Part shown: piece by piece, positions 19,763 to 29,853 of the stretch | How positions within the stretch are numbered: the stretch's first letter is position 1 | Layout: the number at the start of each line of letters is the position of its first letter | Assembly: GCA_964647565.1 (NCBI GenBank) | Contig: CAZYIM010000001.1 | Span: forward strand, 40,328-104,327 | Origin: an uncultured Methanosarcinales archaeon | GTDB lineage: Archaea > Nanobdellota > Nanobdellia > Woesearchaeales > CAZYIM01 | DNA: 64,000 bases | Direction of reading: 5' to 3' | Program-made: the position numbers and the translations under genes | Notes under the pieces: model-generated | Database searches by the model: none | What the model saw: only the letters and a program-made list of their open reading frames with translations | What the model was told of the DNA's origin: nothing

Positions 19763-20170
19763 ATGAAAAAAGCATTAGTTATATTAACTGTTTTAATGGC
19801 GGTCCTTCTGATAGCTGGCTGTGCCACTGTTGAGGTAAACGATGGAACTACAGCAACTGAGAATGATCAGGCTCCAGAAACACTGGATGAAAGGCCTGAA
19901 GATACAGAAGTAGCTGCACAAGCAACTACGTATACCCTGACAGATGTTGATAGCCACAATAATGCAGATGACTGCTGGCTTGTCATAGATGGTAAGGTGT
20001 ACGATGTCACTGATTACGTTGCTTCACACAGGGGCGGCGAGACTATCCTTGAAGGCTGCGGAAGGGAAGCGACTGACTTGTTCGAGACCAGGCCAATGGG
20101 CTCAGGTACTCCGCATTCAGCAGACGCAAGAGTATTGCTTGACGGCTACTTCATAGGCAATCTCGGATAA
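19763..20170 (+). CDS. Lipoprotein with cytochrome b5-like heme-binding domain
   Basis: LIAGC lipobox; HNNADDCWLVIDGKVYDVT..SHRGG...G.EATDLF...PHS. Confidence 0.9.
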   Translation: MKKALVILTVLMAVLLIAGCATVEVNDGTTATENDQAPETLDERPEDTEVAAQATTYTLTDVDSHNNADDCWLVIDGKVYDVTDYVASHRGGETILEGCGREATDLFETRPMGSGTPHSADARVLLDGYFIGNLG

Positions 20171-20433
20171 TGCGGTTTTTAAAAGAAAAGCTTATAGCTG
20201 CTACAGGCGCAATATCCACTCTTCTTGGCGGAGCAGGCGCTGTGTTGGCAGGTATAGGTATCTGTCCGTGTCTTGCAGGACCAATGCTCTCAGTTTTAGG
20301 CATCCTGACCATGTCAGGAGTCTTTCTCTCAAAGCATAAGTTCATCTTTCTTGTAATCGGGCTGGTTTTCCTATTAACCAGCTTTTTTTTCTATCAACAT
20401 AAGAAATCCTGCAAGATCCACAAAAAAGTTTAA
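20170..20433 (+). CDS. Small membrane protein with CPC motif (MerT/MerC-like)
   Basis: Three TM segments with ICPCL in the first; C-terminal SCKIH. Confidence 0.5.
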   Translation: MRFLKEKLIAATGAISTLLGGAGAVLAGIGICPCLAGPMLSVLGILTMSGVFLSKHKFIFLVIGLVFLLTSFFFYQHKKSCKIHKKV

Positions 20434-20458
20434 AAAACAACTCCCAATCTTCTAAAAC

Positions 20459-21607
20459 ATGAAAGCATTTGACAGCATAATCGTACATTATGACGAGATA
20501 GGCCTAAAAGGCAAGAATAGGGGTAAATTCGAAAGGCTTCTTATCAGCAATATACAGAACAAGGCAGGAGAACTTGTAAAGTCTATTGAACGAGAGTCCG
20601 GCCAGATCACTATCGCTACAACTGGAGCTGAGAAACTTAAGCCTATCTTAGAGAAGATTCCAGGCATTGCCTTTTTCTCTTTTGCAAAACAGTGCGACCT
20701 TGACATCAAGAAACTGGAAACTGCTGCTGTAGCTTATGTAAAAGGTCTTGAATATTCTGATTTCAGGATAGATACCAAAAGACATGAGAAAAGCTTCAAA
20801 TATGATACAATGGAGGTCAACAAGAAAGTGGGTCAGGCCATTGTTGACGCTTACAAGAAAAAAGTGACTATGAAAAATCCTGAGTTGAACCTCAAGATAG
20901 AGATAACCCATAAGAATGCTTATCTTTCTCATGAATCTGTTATGGGAATTGGAGGCCTGCCCATTGACCCCAAGCAGAAAGTTGTGGCTTTGCTTTCAGG
21001 AGGCTTTGACAGTCCTGTTGCGGCTTTCATGATGATGAAAAGAGGATGTGAGGTTATTCTAGTTCATTTCAGCAATGCCAACCAATCCACCAAGGCAGTT
21101 GAAGATAAGATCGTACAATTGGCCAAGCAGCTTTCAGGATTCCAGCAAAAAACAACTCTATATATCGTTCCTTTTGAGAATCTGCAAAAAGAGATCATCG
21201 CCAACACAAAGGCCAATGTCCGCATGCTGATATACAGACGGTTCATGTTAAGAATTGCTTCAAAGATTGCCAGGAAAAACAAGGCCAGGTTTCTGGTTGT
21301 GGGCGACAGCCTTTCACAGGTCTCTTCCCAGACCATAGAGAATCTCGAGGCCACCTACCAGGTTTCAGATATTCACGTTCTTTCGCCATTGATAGGCATG
21401 AATAAGAGGGAGATAATGGACATTGCAAATCAGATTGGTACTCACGATATATCTGCAATGCCGTATGCAGACTGCTGCACCTATTTCATGCCCCAGCATC
21501 CAGTATTGAATGCAGACAAGAAGATGCTGGAAGATGCAGAATCTGGTTTTGACATCAACAAATTAGTTGAAGAAGCTGTTGTTAAAGCAAAAAAGAGCAA
21601 TATTTGA
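20459..21607 (+). CDS. thiI: tRNA 4-thiouridine synthase (no rhodanese domain)
   Basis: HYDEIGLKGKNR, THUMP domain, LLSGGFDSPVA, GDSLSQVSSQT, DCC. Confidence 0.95.
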   Translation: MKAFDSIIVHYDEIGLKGKNRGKFERLLISNIQNKAGELVKSIERESGQITIATTGAEKLKPILEKIPGIAFFSFAKQCDLDIKKLETAAVAYVKGLEYSDFRIDTKRHEKSFKYDTMEVNKKVGQAIVDAYKKKVTMKNPELNLKIEITHKNAYLSHESVMGIGGLPIDPKQKVVALLSGGFDSPVAAFMMMKRGCEVILVHFSNANQSTKAVEDKIVQLAKQLSGFQQKTTLYIVPFENLQKEIIANTKANVRMLIYRRFMLRIASKIARKNKARFLVVGDSLSQVSSQTIENLEATYQVSDIHVLSPLIGMNKREIMDIANQIGTHDISAMPYADCCTYFMPQHPVLNADKKMLEDAESGFDINKLVEEAVVKAKKSNI

Positions 21608-21734
21608 TCGCCTGTGCATATTTCTATTAATATTCTGCACCTCTTGAGAATATTTATTAATAGAATATTATTCTGTTTTGAATACAGCGAATTCTTTGCA
21701 GCGTCTGATTTAATAAAAAAAAGAGGTGATTTCG

Positions 21735-22184
21735 ATGGACGTAAAGAATAAAGCTCTGGCAACCATTCTTGGGGTTGGTCTGTTGTATGCCACAGGTATT
21801 GAGGCTTTGGCATCTGAACCATTGCATCCAGGTTCCCTAGAAGCGCAGGTGCAGGAAGTACAAGACAAAAAGGATAAAAAGGAACAGGACAAGTACGATG
21901 CATTGGCAAAGCATCTCAAAGAGATTGGAGCCAAGATGTACGGCACTACCACATGCTCCTGGTGTAAGAAGCAAAAAGAAGAGTTTGGTGGAGCATTGGA
22001 AAAGTACAAGATCTATAAGGAAGCAGACACAGACAAGAAGATTATGCAAGAGGCTAAAGAACTTGGAATAAAAGGCTGGCCAACCTGGGTATTTAAGACC
22101 AAGGAAAAACCAGGCTATAGACTAGTTCCAGGATATCATCCTTATGACCATATTGTCATGATGTCTAAGTTCAAGGCCAAGTGA
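21735..22184 (+). CDS. Exported thioredoxin-fold protein (VKOR-partner-like)
   Basis: Signal peptide; GAKMYGTTTCSWCKKQKEEFG and GWPTW; GAGGTGAT RBS. Confidence 0.75.
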   Translation: MDVKNKALATILGVGLLYATGIEALASEPLHPGSLEAQVQEVQDKKDKKEQDKYDALAKHLKEIGAKMYGTTTCSWCKKQKEEFGGALEKYKIYKEADTDKKIMQEAKELGIKGWPTWVFKTKEKPGYRLVPGYHPYDHIVMMSKFKAK

Positions 22185-22228
22185 ATAGTTTAGAAAAATA
22201 TTAAAGTATGAAGGTTTAACTAGTTAAA

Positions 22229-22744
22229 ATGAACAACAGAATATTAGGCTTGATCATGGTTGCTGTGTGCATAATTATGGGTATATTGATTTTCTCTTTT
22301 AATTCAAAACTCAGTCAGCAGGCAGAGGCTGGCTGCCAATGTGAAACCATGGAAGCTGGCGGCTTCTGTCCGCATGATCAGGGCACCCCCTGGCAGACCT
22401 ATCTTGGAATCGGACTGATGGGTGCTATCTTTGCTTTAGGTATTTTCCTTATCTTCTTTGAGAAATCGCAAAAAGCAATCATATCTACACTGGAAAATCA
22501 GAAAAAGATGCAGACAGAAGAAGAGAAGTTCGATATCCTTCTAAAGGGTCTTGATTCTTATGAACAGAAAGTCATAAAAGCAGTCAAAGAGCAGGACGGC
22601 ATCACACAGCAGACATTAAGACTCAGAGCAGATATGCACAAGTCCAAGCTTAGCATTGTCCTGGACTCTCTTGAGAAAAAAGGCCTTGTCAAGCGTAAGG
22701 AAAAAGGCAAGACCAAGCAGGTATTTCTTAAATTTAAGCTTTAA
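22229..22744 (+). CDS. Membrane protein with C-terminal winged HTH
   Basis: Two TM segments; C-term GITQQTLRLRADMHKSKLSIVLDSLEKKGLVKR..G. Confidence 0.75.
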   Translation: MNNRILGLIMVAVCIIMGILIFSFNSKLSQQAEAGCQCETMEAGGFCPHDQGTPWQTYLGIGLMGAIFALGIFLIFFEKSQKAIISTLENQKKMQTEEEKFDILLKGLDSYEQKVIKAVKEQDGITQQTLRLRADMHKSKLSIVLDSLEKKGLVKRKEKGKTKQVFLKFKL

Positions 22745-22786
22745 ATTCCAAAAGATAAATAAAGGAATAAAGATTCCTTTCTCGAT

Positions 22787-23704
22787 ATGACTTCAGCAAA
22801 TGCAACACAGCTTATCGGAGATATAAATCAACTCAAAAAAGAGAAAGAAGCAGTCATTCTCGTTCATAATTATCAGAGGCCAGAAATATATGAGGTGGCG
22901 GATTATATCGGGGATTCTTTTGGATTGGCAAAAAAAGCATCAGAGCTCAAGGATGTTAAACGGATCATTTTCTGCGGAGTTGACTTCATGGCAGAGTCTG
23001 CAGCAATTTTAAGTCCTGATAAAGAGGTATACCTGCCCACTCTACAAGCCAACTGCCCTATGGCAGCCATGGTTGATTCTAAAAGCCTAAAACAACTGCA
23101 GGAACAACACCCAGATGCTGCAACAGTATGTTATGTTAACACAAGTGCTGATATCAAGGCCATGTCTTATGTCTGCTGCACCTCATCAAATGCTGAAAAG
23201 ATAATCAAGGCCCTGCCCCAAAAAGACATAATCTTTGTTCCAGATAAGAATCTTGCAATGAACACAGCCAAACAGCTGCCTGAAAAGAATATCATCCCCT
23301 GGAACGGCCATTGCTATGTACATCAGAGATTCACTGTTGATGAAATGAAGAAGTCAAAAGAGAATTATCCTGATGCAGAAATCATCGCTCATCCAGAATG
23401 CCCTCCAGAGGTTGCAGAGTTGGCAGATTGTCTTTGCAGCACAAGCCAGATGATAGATTATGCAAGAAACAGCAAGGCAGACACATTCATTGTTTTCACA
23501 GAGGTCGGCATGACAGAGCGACTCAAAAAAGAAGTTCCAGAGAAACAATTCTTAACACCTGTAAAAACATGCCTTCAGATGAAGAAGAATTCCTTAACGC
23601 TGATTAAAAAATCCCTTACAGAAGAAAGGTATAGGATCACAGTGCCAGACGAGATAAGCCAAAAAGCCAAACTAGCTCTAGAAAGAATGCTTAAACTTGG
23701 ATAA
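22787..23704 (+). CDS. nadA: Quinolinate synthase A
   Basis: LVHNYQ, GDSFGL, FCGVDFMAE, CPMA, YVNTS, CCTSSNA, PDKNL, CYVH, AHPEC, C.QMK. Confidence 0.95.
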   Translation: MTSANATQLIGDINQLKKEKEAVILVHNYQRPEIYEVADYIGDSFGLAKKASELKDVKRIIFCGVDFMAESAAILSPDKEVYLPTLQANCPMAAMVDSKSLKQLQEQHPDAATVCYVNTSADIKAMSYVCCTSSNAEKIIKALPQKDIIFVPDKNLAMNTAKQLPEKNIIPWNGHCYVHQRFTVDEMKKSKENYPDAEIIAHPECPPEVAELADCLCSTSQMIDYARNSKADTFIVFTEVGMTERLKKEVPEKQFLTPVKTCLQMKKNSLTLIKKSLTEERYRITVPDEISQKAKLALERMLKLG

Positions 23705-23734
23705 GAAAATAAATAATCAAGCACATTTGCGATT

Positions 23735-24031
23735 TTATCCGCAGCATTTGGTCATTTCGTTCATATCATAAAATATGGTGCAGAAGAAACTGCATGCGGA
23801 TTTTAGTTCTTTTTCTCCTTTCTTGGTCAGAGAATAGGTTTTTTTCTTGTCTGCAATTATAAGACCTTTGCTTTTTAATTCCTTCAATGCAGGATATATT
23901 GTCCCTGGACTGGGTTTTGTGCCTTTTCTTTTTTCCAACTCTTGGGCAATCTCAACCCCTGTCATTTTTTTCTTATTAAGAATCCATAGAATCAGATAAG
24001 ACAGATAACCTTTCATGTCGCAGCATCCCAT
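23735..24031 (-). CDS. PadR family transcriptional regulator with terminal Cys-Cys pairs
   Basis: G.EIAQELE...SPGTIYPALKEL...GLI; MGCC N-terminus and KCCG C-terminus. Confidence 0.85.
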   Translation of the reverse strand: MGCCDMKGYLSYLILWILNKKKMTGVEIAQELEKRKGTKPSPGTIYPALKELKSKGLIIADKKKTYSLTKKGEKELKSACSFFCTIFYDMNEMTKCCG

Positions 24032-24080
24032 AAATACAGTATCGGATAACCTATATATAAGCTTTTCTATATCTAAAAAT

Positions 24081-24102
24081 ATATATCTGATTACAGATAT
24101 AT
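24081..24102. promoter_or_regulatory. Candidate operator: inverted repeat ATATATCTG-N4-CAGATATAT between the divergent padR and arsM
   Basis: Perfect 9-bp inverted repeat in the divergent promoter. The operator role is inferred. Confidence 0.45.
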
Positions 24103-24157
24103 TTAAATATGAGTATCAGTTATACGATATTGGATAGCCGACATCAGGAGGTGGAAA

Positions 24158-24253
24158 ATGAATTGCAAAACAGAAAAGGATGTGAAGACTTTAGGCACGA
24201 TAAAGGGTGCAAATGGAGAACAGGCAACATTACTTGTGTGTGATAGAATTTAA
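24158..24253 (+). CDS. 31-aa small ORF (MNCKTEKD...LLVCDRI) not in the ORF track
   Basis: Strong AGGAGGTG RBS 4 nt upstream; stop is followed by the GAGGT RBS of arsM. Confidence 0.5.
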   Translation: MNCKTEKDVKTLGTIKGANGEQATLLVCDRI

Positions 24254-24265
24254 GAGGTAAATAAA

Positions 24266-25009
24266 ATGGAAAAAGAAAAAATAAAACAAACAATAAAAGA
24301 TACATATGGAAAAATTGCAAGCCAGAAAGATGGCTGCGGTTGCGAATGTGGTTTCGGCCCGTCTGCAGAGGAGGTCTCAAAGAGTTTAGGTTATTCCGAT
24401 AGTGAACTGGATGCAGTCCCTGATGCAAATCTTGGTTTAGGCTGCGGCAATCCAACAGCACTTGGAGAGATAAAAGAAGGCGAAACTGTTCTCGACCTCG
24501 GATCAGGAGCAGGCATCGATGCATTTCTTGCATCAAAAAAAGTGGGTTATTCAGGAAAGGTAATTGGTGTTGATATGACTCCTGAGATGATCAAGAAAGC
24601 CAACAAGAACGCAAAAAAATACGGACACACCAATGTAGAGTTTAGATTGGGCGATATAGAAAACCTGCCTGTAGAAGATAACTCTATTGACGTAATCATC
24701 AGCAATTGTGTGATTAATCTTGCACACGACAAAACAAAGGTTTTCAGTGAAGCCTATAGAGTACTAAAAAAGGATGGCAAGATGTTTATCTCTGATATCG
24801 TCCTATTAAAAGAATTATCTGAAGAGCAAAGAAACGATGCTGACTTAGTTGCTGCTTGTGTGGGCGGCGCCATGTTAAAGGATGATTATCTGAAAACAGT
24901 TAGCGACGTGGGCTTTAAATATGAGATCCTTAGTGAGAATACAGGCGTTGGCGACAATCAATTCAAGGATGTGCCAATCGAGAGCCTGAATCTAAAGATA
25001 TACAAGTGA
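24266..25009 (+). CDS. arsM: Arsenite methyltransferase
   Basis: NLGLGCGNPTA, VLDLGSGAGID, GVDMT, DVIISNCVINL, ACVGGA. Confidence 0.9.
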   Translation: MEKEKIKQTIKDTYGKIASQKDGCGCECGFGPSAEEVSKSLGYSDSELDAVPDANLGLGCGNPTALGEIKEGETVLDLGSGAGIDAFLASKKVGYSGKVIGVDMTPEMIKKANKNAKKYGHTNVEFRLGDIENLPVEDNSIDVIISNCVINLAHDKTKVFSEAYRVLKKDGKMFISDIVLLKELSEEQRNDADLVAACVGGAMLKDDYLKTVSDVGFKYEILSENTGVGDNQFKDVPIESLNLKIYK

Positions 25010-25068
25010 TGAATTATTAGAAACCTTTTTAAATTCTTAAACCAAATGGATGCTCAGAGGTGATATTT

Positions 25069-25260
25069 ATGGGAAAAAAATGTTGTGGTCCTGAATGGGT
25101 CAACTGGCTGATTGCTGAGATTGCATTTTTCGCATTCTTGTTCTATGCCCAATTCTTGTTAGGTGTAGAGGCCAATCTTTGGTTGAGCTCTGTAATATTA
25201 TGGGCATTGATGAATGTTTCAATCATGGCATGTCCAATCACACACAAGTGCTATAAGTAA
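25069..25260 (+). CDS. Small membrane protein with Cys-containing termini
   Basis: GAGGTGAT RBS; KKCC N-term, two TM segments, CPITHKC C-term. Confidence 0.55.
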   Translation: MGKKCCGPEWVNWLIAEIAFFAFLFYAQFLLGVEANLWLSSVILWALMNVSIMACPITHKCYK

Positions 25261-25404
25261 TTTATTTTCTTTCTTTTTTTCAGATATAAACGGTTAGAAA
25301 CCAGAATTTAGGGTTTTAGGCCTTTCTAGATATGTCAGTTTCAGCGCTAAAATATATATCAAACAAGCTTATTACTTCTTTAATAATTGGATCGAGAGGT
25401 AAAA

Positions 25405-25614
25405 ATGGTAATTATGAAATTTCAAACAAAAGGCATGCACTGCCCAAGCTGCGAAATGCTTGTCGAAGATGACTTAGACGAGCAGGAAGGAATAAACCAC
25501 ACAAGTGCAGATCATAAGACAGGCATTGTAGAAGTGGATTTTGACGATCAAAAAATAGATGCTACTAAAATCAAATGTATAATTGAACAAAATGGATTTA
25601 AATTAATCAAATAA
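25405..25614 (+). CDS. copZ: Copper chaperone (HMA domain)
   Basis: GMHCPSC HMA motif, single domain, upstream of copA. Confidence 0.85.
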   Translation: MVIMKFQTKGMHCPSCEMLVEDDLDEQEGINHTSADHKTGIVEVDFDDQKIDATKIKCIIEQNGFKLIK

Positions 25615-25632
25615 TATAATAGGTGTAATGAA

Positions 25633-27135
25633 ATGACTGAAAACAAAGAACAATTCAAGGCAAAGGGCATGCACTGCCCAAGCTGCGAAACATTAATAGA
25701 AAAGCAAGTCAATAAGATTAAAGGTGTGAAACATGTCAAGGCAGATTATGTCACTGAGACAGTTGAAGTTGTCTTTGACTCGAAAATCACCAATCTAAAA
25801 GAGATCTATGAAACTATTGAGAAAAAGGGATATGACTGCCAGCTGCTCATCAAACGCATCCCTCTAAAAGGAAAAAAGAAAGAGGATTCTGATCATTATA
25901 ATATTAACCTCAAATGGCTCGGCATTGTTTTTGGTTTGATCGGATTGTTAGTCGGAGGGTATTTTATTTTCAGGATTGCAGAAGGCATAGCGATCCCGAC
26001 CATAAGCCAGAACATGGGATACGGCCTGTTATTCATCGTAGGCCTTCTTACAGGATTCCACTGCATCAGCATGTGCGGGGGCTTTGTTGTCAGCTATACA
26101 GCAAGAGCTGCCCAGGAAGGAAGAAGTCCATATAAATCACATCTGATGTATGGTGTAGGCAAAGTTATATCTTATACAGTCATAGGTGCTGCATTTGGAT
26201 TGCTCGGCTCCATCATAACATTCACCCCACTAATGAGAGGAATAGCCGGGCTTCTTGCAGGCCTCTTCCTTATCATATTCGGCCTCAACATGCTCAACCT
26301 GTTTCCCTGGCTTAGAAAGATCAGGATAAAGTCACCCAAGTTTGTAAATAAGTTTGTCGGAAGCGAGGTCAACAAGCATAGCAGCCCTCTGATAATCGGA
26401 TTGCTAACTGGCCTGATGATCGCATGTGGTCCATTGCAGGCAATATATATAATGGCGGCAGGTACTGGAAGTGTTGTAGAAGGTGCCCGACTATTGCTTG
26501 TCTTTGCACTCGGAACCCTGCCAGTTATGCTGGGTTTTGGATTTGTCACAAGCATGATATCAAAGAAAGCCACCCACAGGATCCTAAAAGCCTCTGGGGC
26601 CATTGTCATAATACTCGGTCTTGTGATGGTGAACAGAGGTCTTGCATTAACAGGCAGCGGACTAGACACCAACACCTTATTAGCATCAGTCTCAGCAACA
26701 GGCGAAGATGTGACTGGAGATGTAATCAAGATGGACAACGGCTTTCAGGTAATCCGTATGAATGTTACCAGATATGGCTGGGAGCCTGATAAGTTTGTCT
26801 TGAAGACAGGCGTACCTGTCAAATGGATAATCGACGGCCAGGAGATTACTGGATGCAATAATGCAATCCAGGTTCCGAAACTGGGATTAGAATTTGATAT
26901 TAAAAAAGGAGAGCAGACCATTGAATTCACACCAGATTCAGAAGGCATTATACCATGGAGCTGCTGGATGGGTATGATACCCGGCACCTTTATCGTCAAA
27001 GAAGATATTGATCTTGATAATATTGATGAAGTTAAAAAGGAGCTTGAAACAGCACCGACTCCTAAGCCCGCAGGAAGTTGCGGAGGCAGTTGTGGAGGAG
27101 GAGGAGGTTGCGGTTGCGGTTGTGGAGGTAGATGA
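25633..27135 (+). CDS. HMA + TauE/DsbD-like membrane domain + cupredoxin fusion with Cys/Gly tail
   Basis: GMHCPSC; [10 protein letters not shown]; ACGPLQ; C-terminal cupredoxin-like GC...WSCWMGM; tail [20 protein letters not shown]. Confidence 0.85.
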   Translation: MTENKEQFKAKGMHCPSCETLIEKQVNKIKGVKHVKADYVTETVEVVFDSKITNLKEIYETIEKKGYDCQLLIKRIPLKGKKKEDSDHYNINLKWLGIVFGLIGLLVGGYFIFRIAEGIAIPTISQNMGYGLLFIVGLLTGFHCISMCGGFVVSYTARAAQEGRSPYKSHLMYGVGKVISYTVIGAAFGLLGSIITFTPLMRGIAGLLAGLFLIIFGLNMLNLFPWLRKIRIKSPKFVNKFVGSEVNKHSSPLIIGLLTGLMIACGPLQAIYIMAAGTGSVVEGARLLLVFALGTLPVMLGFGFVTSMISKKATHRILKASGAIVIILGLVMVNRGLALTGSGLDTNTLLASVSATGEDVTGDVIKMDNGFQVIRMNVTRYGWEPDKFVLKTGVPVKWIIDGQEITGCNNAIQVPKLGLEFDIKKGEQTIEFTPDSEGIIPWSCWMGMIPGTFIVKEDIDLDNIDEVKKELETAPTPKPAGSCGGSCGGGGGCGCGCGGR

Positions 27136-29306
27136 TGAGAAAGCTGGAGTTATCTATATCAGGCATGCACTGCCAAAGTTGTGTTACAATAGTAGAGAAA
27201 TCACTTAACAAGTTGGATGGTATTGAAACTGCTGTTGTAAACCTGGCAACAGAAAAAGCCAGTGTGAGTTTCAATGAATCAAAACTGGTTGAACAGGATG
27301 TGATCGAAGCAATATCAAAAAAAGGATTTAAAGCATCTTTGATCAAGGGCTCGCAACAAAAAGATAGAGAAATCAAGAAAAGAAAAGCAGAGATCAAAAG
27401 ACTGAAGAGACTTTTTGTTTTCAGCCTTATCTTTGCAATACCTGCCTTTATCATAGGCATGGTTTTCATGTGGATCGGAGTCAAGATTCCCTATGAAGGG
27501 TACATCCTTTGGGCTCTTGCTACACCCGTACAGTTCATTGCAGGATTTCAGTTCTATAAGGGAGCCTGGGCTGCTCTTAAGAATAAAAGCGCAAATATGG
27601 ACAGCCTAATTGCCATGGGAACAAGTGCAGCATATTTCTATAGTGTATATGTCATGCTTTTCGCGCATGGTTCAGGCCAGTATTTTGAAGCTTCTGCAGT
27701 GCTAATCACCCTTGTGTTGATGGGTAAACTGCTTGAAGCCATAGCCAAGGGTAAGACTTCAGAAGCCATAAGAAAACTGATGCAGCTGTCACCTAAGATC
27801 GCAACTGTAATTAGGGCTGGAAAAGAACAAAAGATTCCTGTTGATGATGTCAAGATAGGTGACATCATAGTAGTCAAGCCTGGAGAAAAGATACCTGTGG
27901 ACGGAAGGATTGTTGAAGGATTGTCAGCAGTTGACGAAAGCATGATCACCGGAGAGAGCATCCCAATAGAAAAGAAAAAAGGGGATGTCGTGATTGGAGC
28001 AACTATCAACAAGACTGGCTCATTTCAGTTCAAGGCTGAAAAGATTGGTGCAGACACAACCCTATCCCAGATAATTAAGCTTATAGAAGAAGCTCAAGGA
28101 AAGAAAGCACCTATCCAAAGATTTGCAGATGTTGTCTCAGCATATTTTGTACCAGTTGTTATCAGCATAGCCATCATCAGCTTCCTGGTCTGGTACTTGC
28201 TTGTTGGAAAAACCTTTGCATTCTCATTGATTGCTGCTGTTTCAGTGCTGGTCATCGCATGTCCCTGCGCTTTAGGCCTGGCCACCCCGACTGCTATAAT
28301 GGTCGGAACAGGCAAGGGTGCTAAAAAAGGCATCCTGATCAAGGGAGGAGATGCTCTTGAGACAGCCCACAAATTAAAATATGTTATTTTTGACAAGACA
28401 GGCACTATCACAAAAGGTGTTCCTGCAGTCACAGACATTGTTTCTCTGAATAATAAATCCAGGGATGAACTTTTACATCTGGCCGCAAGCATTGAAAAGG
28501 ATTCAGAACATCCTTTAGCAGAAGCCATTGTAAGAAAAGCACAAGAAAAGAAGATAAAGCTGGCCAAAGCATCTGCATTCCAGGCAATTCCTGGCTTGGG
28601 AGTCAAGGCAAAAATAGCTAAAAAAGCCTACATCTTTGGTAATGCTAAACTGATGAAACAATCTAAGTTAGACATTTCATCTATCAGGGATCAAATCCAT
28701 GATCTGGAAAGACAGGGAAAGACTGTAATGATAATCGCAGGTCAAAGGAAGATAGAGGGTGTGATCGCTGTTGCAGATACCATAAAAGAGAGTTCTAAAG
28801 CTGCTGTAAGAGCATTGGAGAAGATGGGCATTCATGTTTTCATGATTACAGGAGACAATGAGAGAACTGCCCAGGCAATTGCACAGATAGCAGGCATCGA
28901 CCATGTATTTGCAGAAGTCATGCCAGAAGACAAGGCCAACTATGTCAAGAAGCTTCAAAGAAAAGGAAAGGTTGCAATGGTTGGTGATGGAATAAATGAT
29001 GCGCCTGCACTCGCGCAGGCAGACATAGGCATTGCAATGGGCAGCGGTACTGATGTTGCAATGGAATCTGGAAATATTGTACTGATGAAAAACAACCTTG
29101 ACGATGTTCCAAGAGCAATAAGATTAAGTAGATTGACTATGACAAAGATAAGGCAGAACATGTTTTGGGCCTTGATCTACAACACACTTGGAATCCCGAT
29201 TGCAGCATTAGGTTTATTGAACCCGATGATTGCAGGGGCAGCCATGGCATTAAGCTCAGTCAGTGTTGTCTCAAATTCTTTATTGTTGAAAGCAAAGAAA
29301 CTATAG
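27132..29306 (+). CDS. copA: Cu(+)-exporting P1B-type ATPase
   Basis: [45 protein letters not shown]...MALSS. Confidence 0.95.
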   Translation: MMRKLELSISGMHCQSCVTIVEKSLNKLDGIETAVVNLATEKASVSFNESKLVEQDVIEAISKKGFKASLIKGSQQKDREIKKRKAEIKRLKRLFVFSLIFAIPAFIIGMVFMWIGVKIPYEGYILWALATPVQFIAGFQFYKGAWAALKNKSANMDSLIAMGTSAAYFYSVYVMLFAHGSGQYFEASAVLITLVLMGKLLEAIAKGKTSEAIRKLMQLSPKIATVIRAGKEQKIPVDDVKIGDIIVVKPGEKIPVDGRIVEGLSAVDESMITGESIPIEKKKGDVVIGATINKTGSFQFKAEKIGADTTLSQIIKLIEEAQGKKAPIQRFADVVSAYFVPVVISIAIISFLVWYLLVGKTFAFSLIAAVSVLVIACPCALGLATPTAIMVGTGKGAKKGILIKGGDALETAHKLKYVIFDKTGTITKGVPAVTDIVSLNNKSRDELLHLAASIEKDSEHPLAEAIVRKAQEKKIKLAKASAFQAIPGLGVKAKIAKKAYIFGNAKLMKQSKLDISSIRDQIHDLERQGKTVMIIAGQRKIEGVIAVADTIKESSKAAVRALEKMGIHVFMITGDNERTAQAIAQIAGIDHVFAEVMPEDKANYVKKLQRKGKVAMVGDGINDAPALAQADIGIAMGSGTDVAMESGNIVLMKNNLDDVPRAIRLSRLTMTKIRQNMFWALIYNTLGIPIAALGLLNPMIAGAAMALSSVSVVSNSLLLKAKKL

Positions 29307-29343
29307 GGAATAAGGATAATATATGAGACGGAGGAAAAAACAA

Positions 29344-29790
29344 ATGAAAAAAATAATGATATTATGTTTAGTCTTAACATTAGCCATCCTGGTAGCAGGA
29401 TGCAAGGATAATGTAACAGGAAATGCTGTTGCAGATGGATCTGCATCTGATTATGTAAAGATCCCTCTGGCAGATGTCTCAAAAACAGCCCAATTCTTCT
29501 CCTATGAAGATAATCGGGTTAAGATAAGCTATTTTGCTGTATTGGGCAGTGATGGAAAGCCAAGAGTAGCCTTTGACGCCTGCGATGTATGCGGCGGATA
29601 CCAGGGATATGAACAAAAAGGTAATGACATTGAATGTAGAAAATGTGGGAGAGTATTCAGCATCGACGGCCTTGGCACCAAGAACAAGGGTTATGGATGC
29701 TGGCCCAGCTACCTTCCACACGAGGTACAGGGAGATAACATTATGATAAAAATAAGCGATCTTCAGGAAGGAAGAAAAAGATTCGTTTGA
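29344..29790 (+). CDS. Lipoprotein with DUF2318-type Fe-S domain
   Basis: LVAGC lipobox; AFDACDVC...C.KCGRVF...GCWP. Confidence 0.75.
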   Translation: MKKIMILCLVLTLAILVAGCKDNVTGNAVADGSASDYVKIPLADVSKTAQFFSYEDNRVKISYFAVLGSDGKPRVAFDACDVCGGYQGYEQKGNDIECRKCGRVFSIDGLGTKNKGYGCWPSYLPHEVQGDNIMIKISDLQEGRKRFV

Positions 29791-29853
29791 GGGGTACTGA
29801 GTAGCAAGCTGCTTGTACATGCTAAAATAAAAAATATTTTAGAGGTAATTAAA

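Noticed and set aside
21621-21664. AT-rich imperfect hairpin downstream of thiI
   Set aside because: Low-complexity AT pairing is expected by chance in this genome; at most a terminator.
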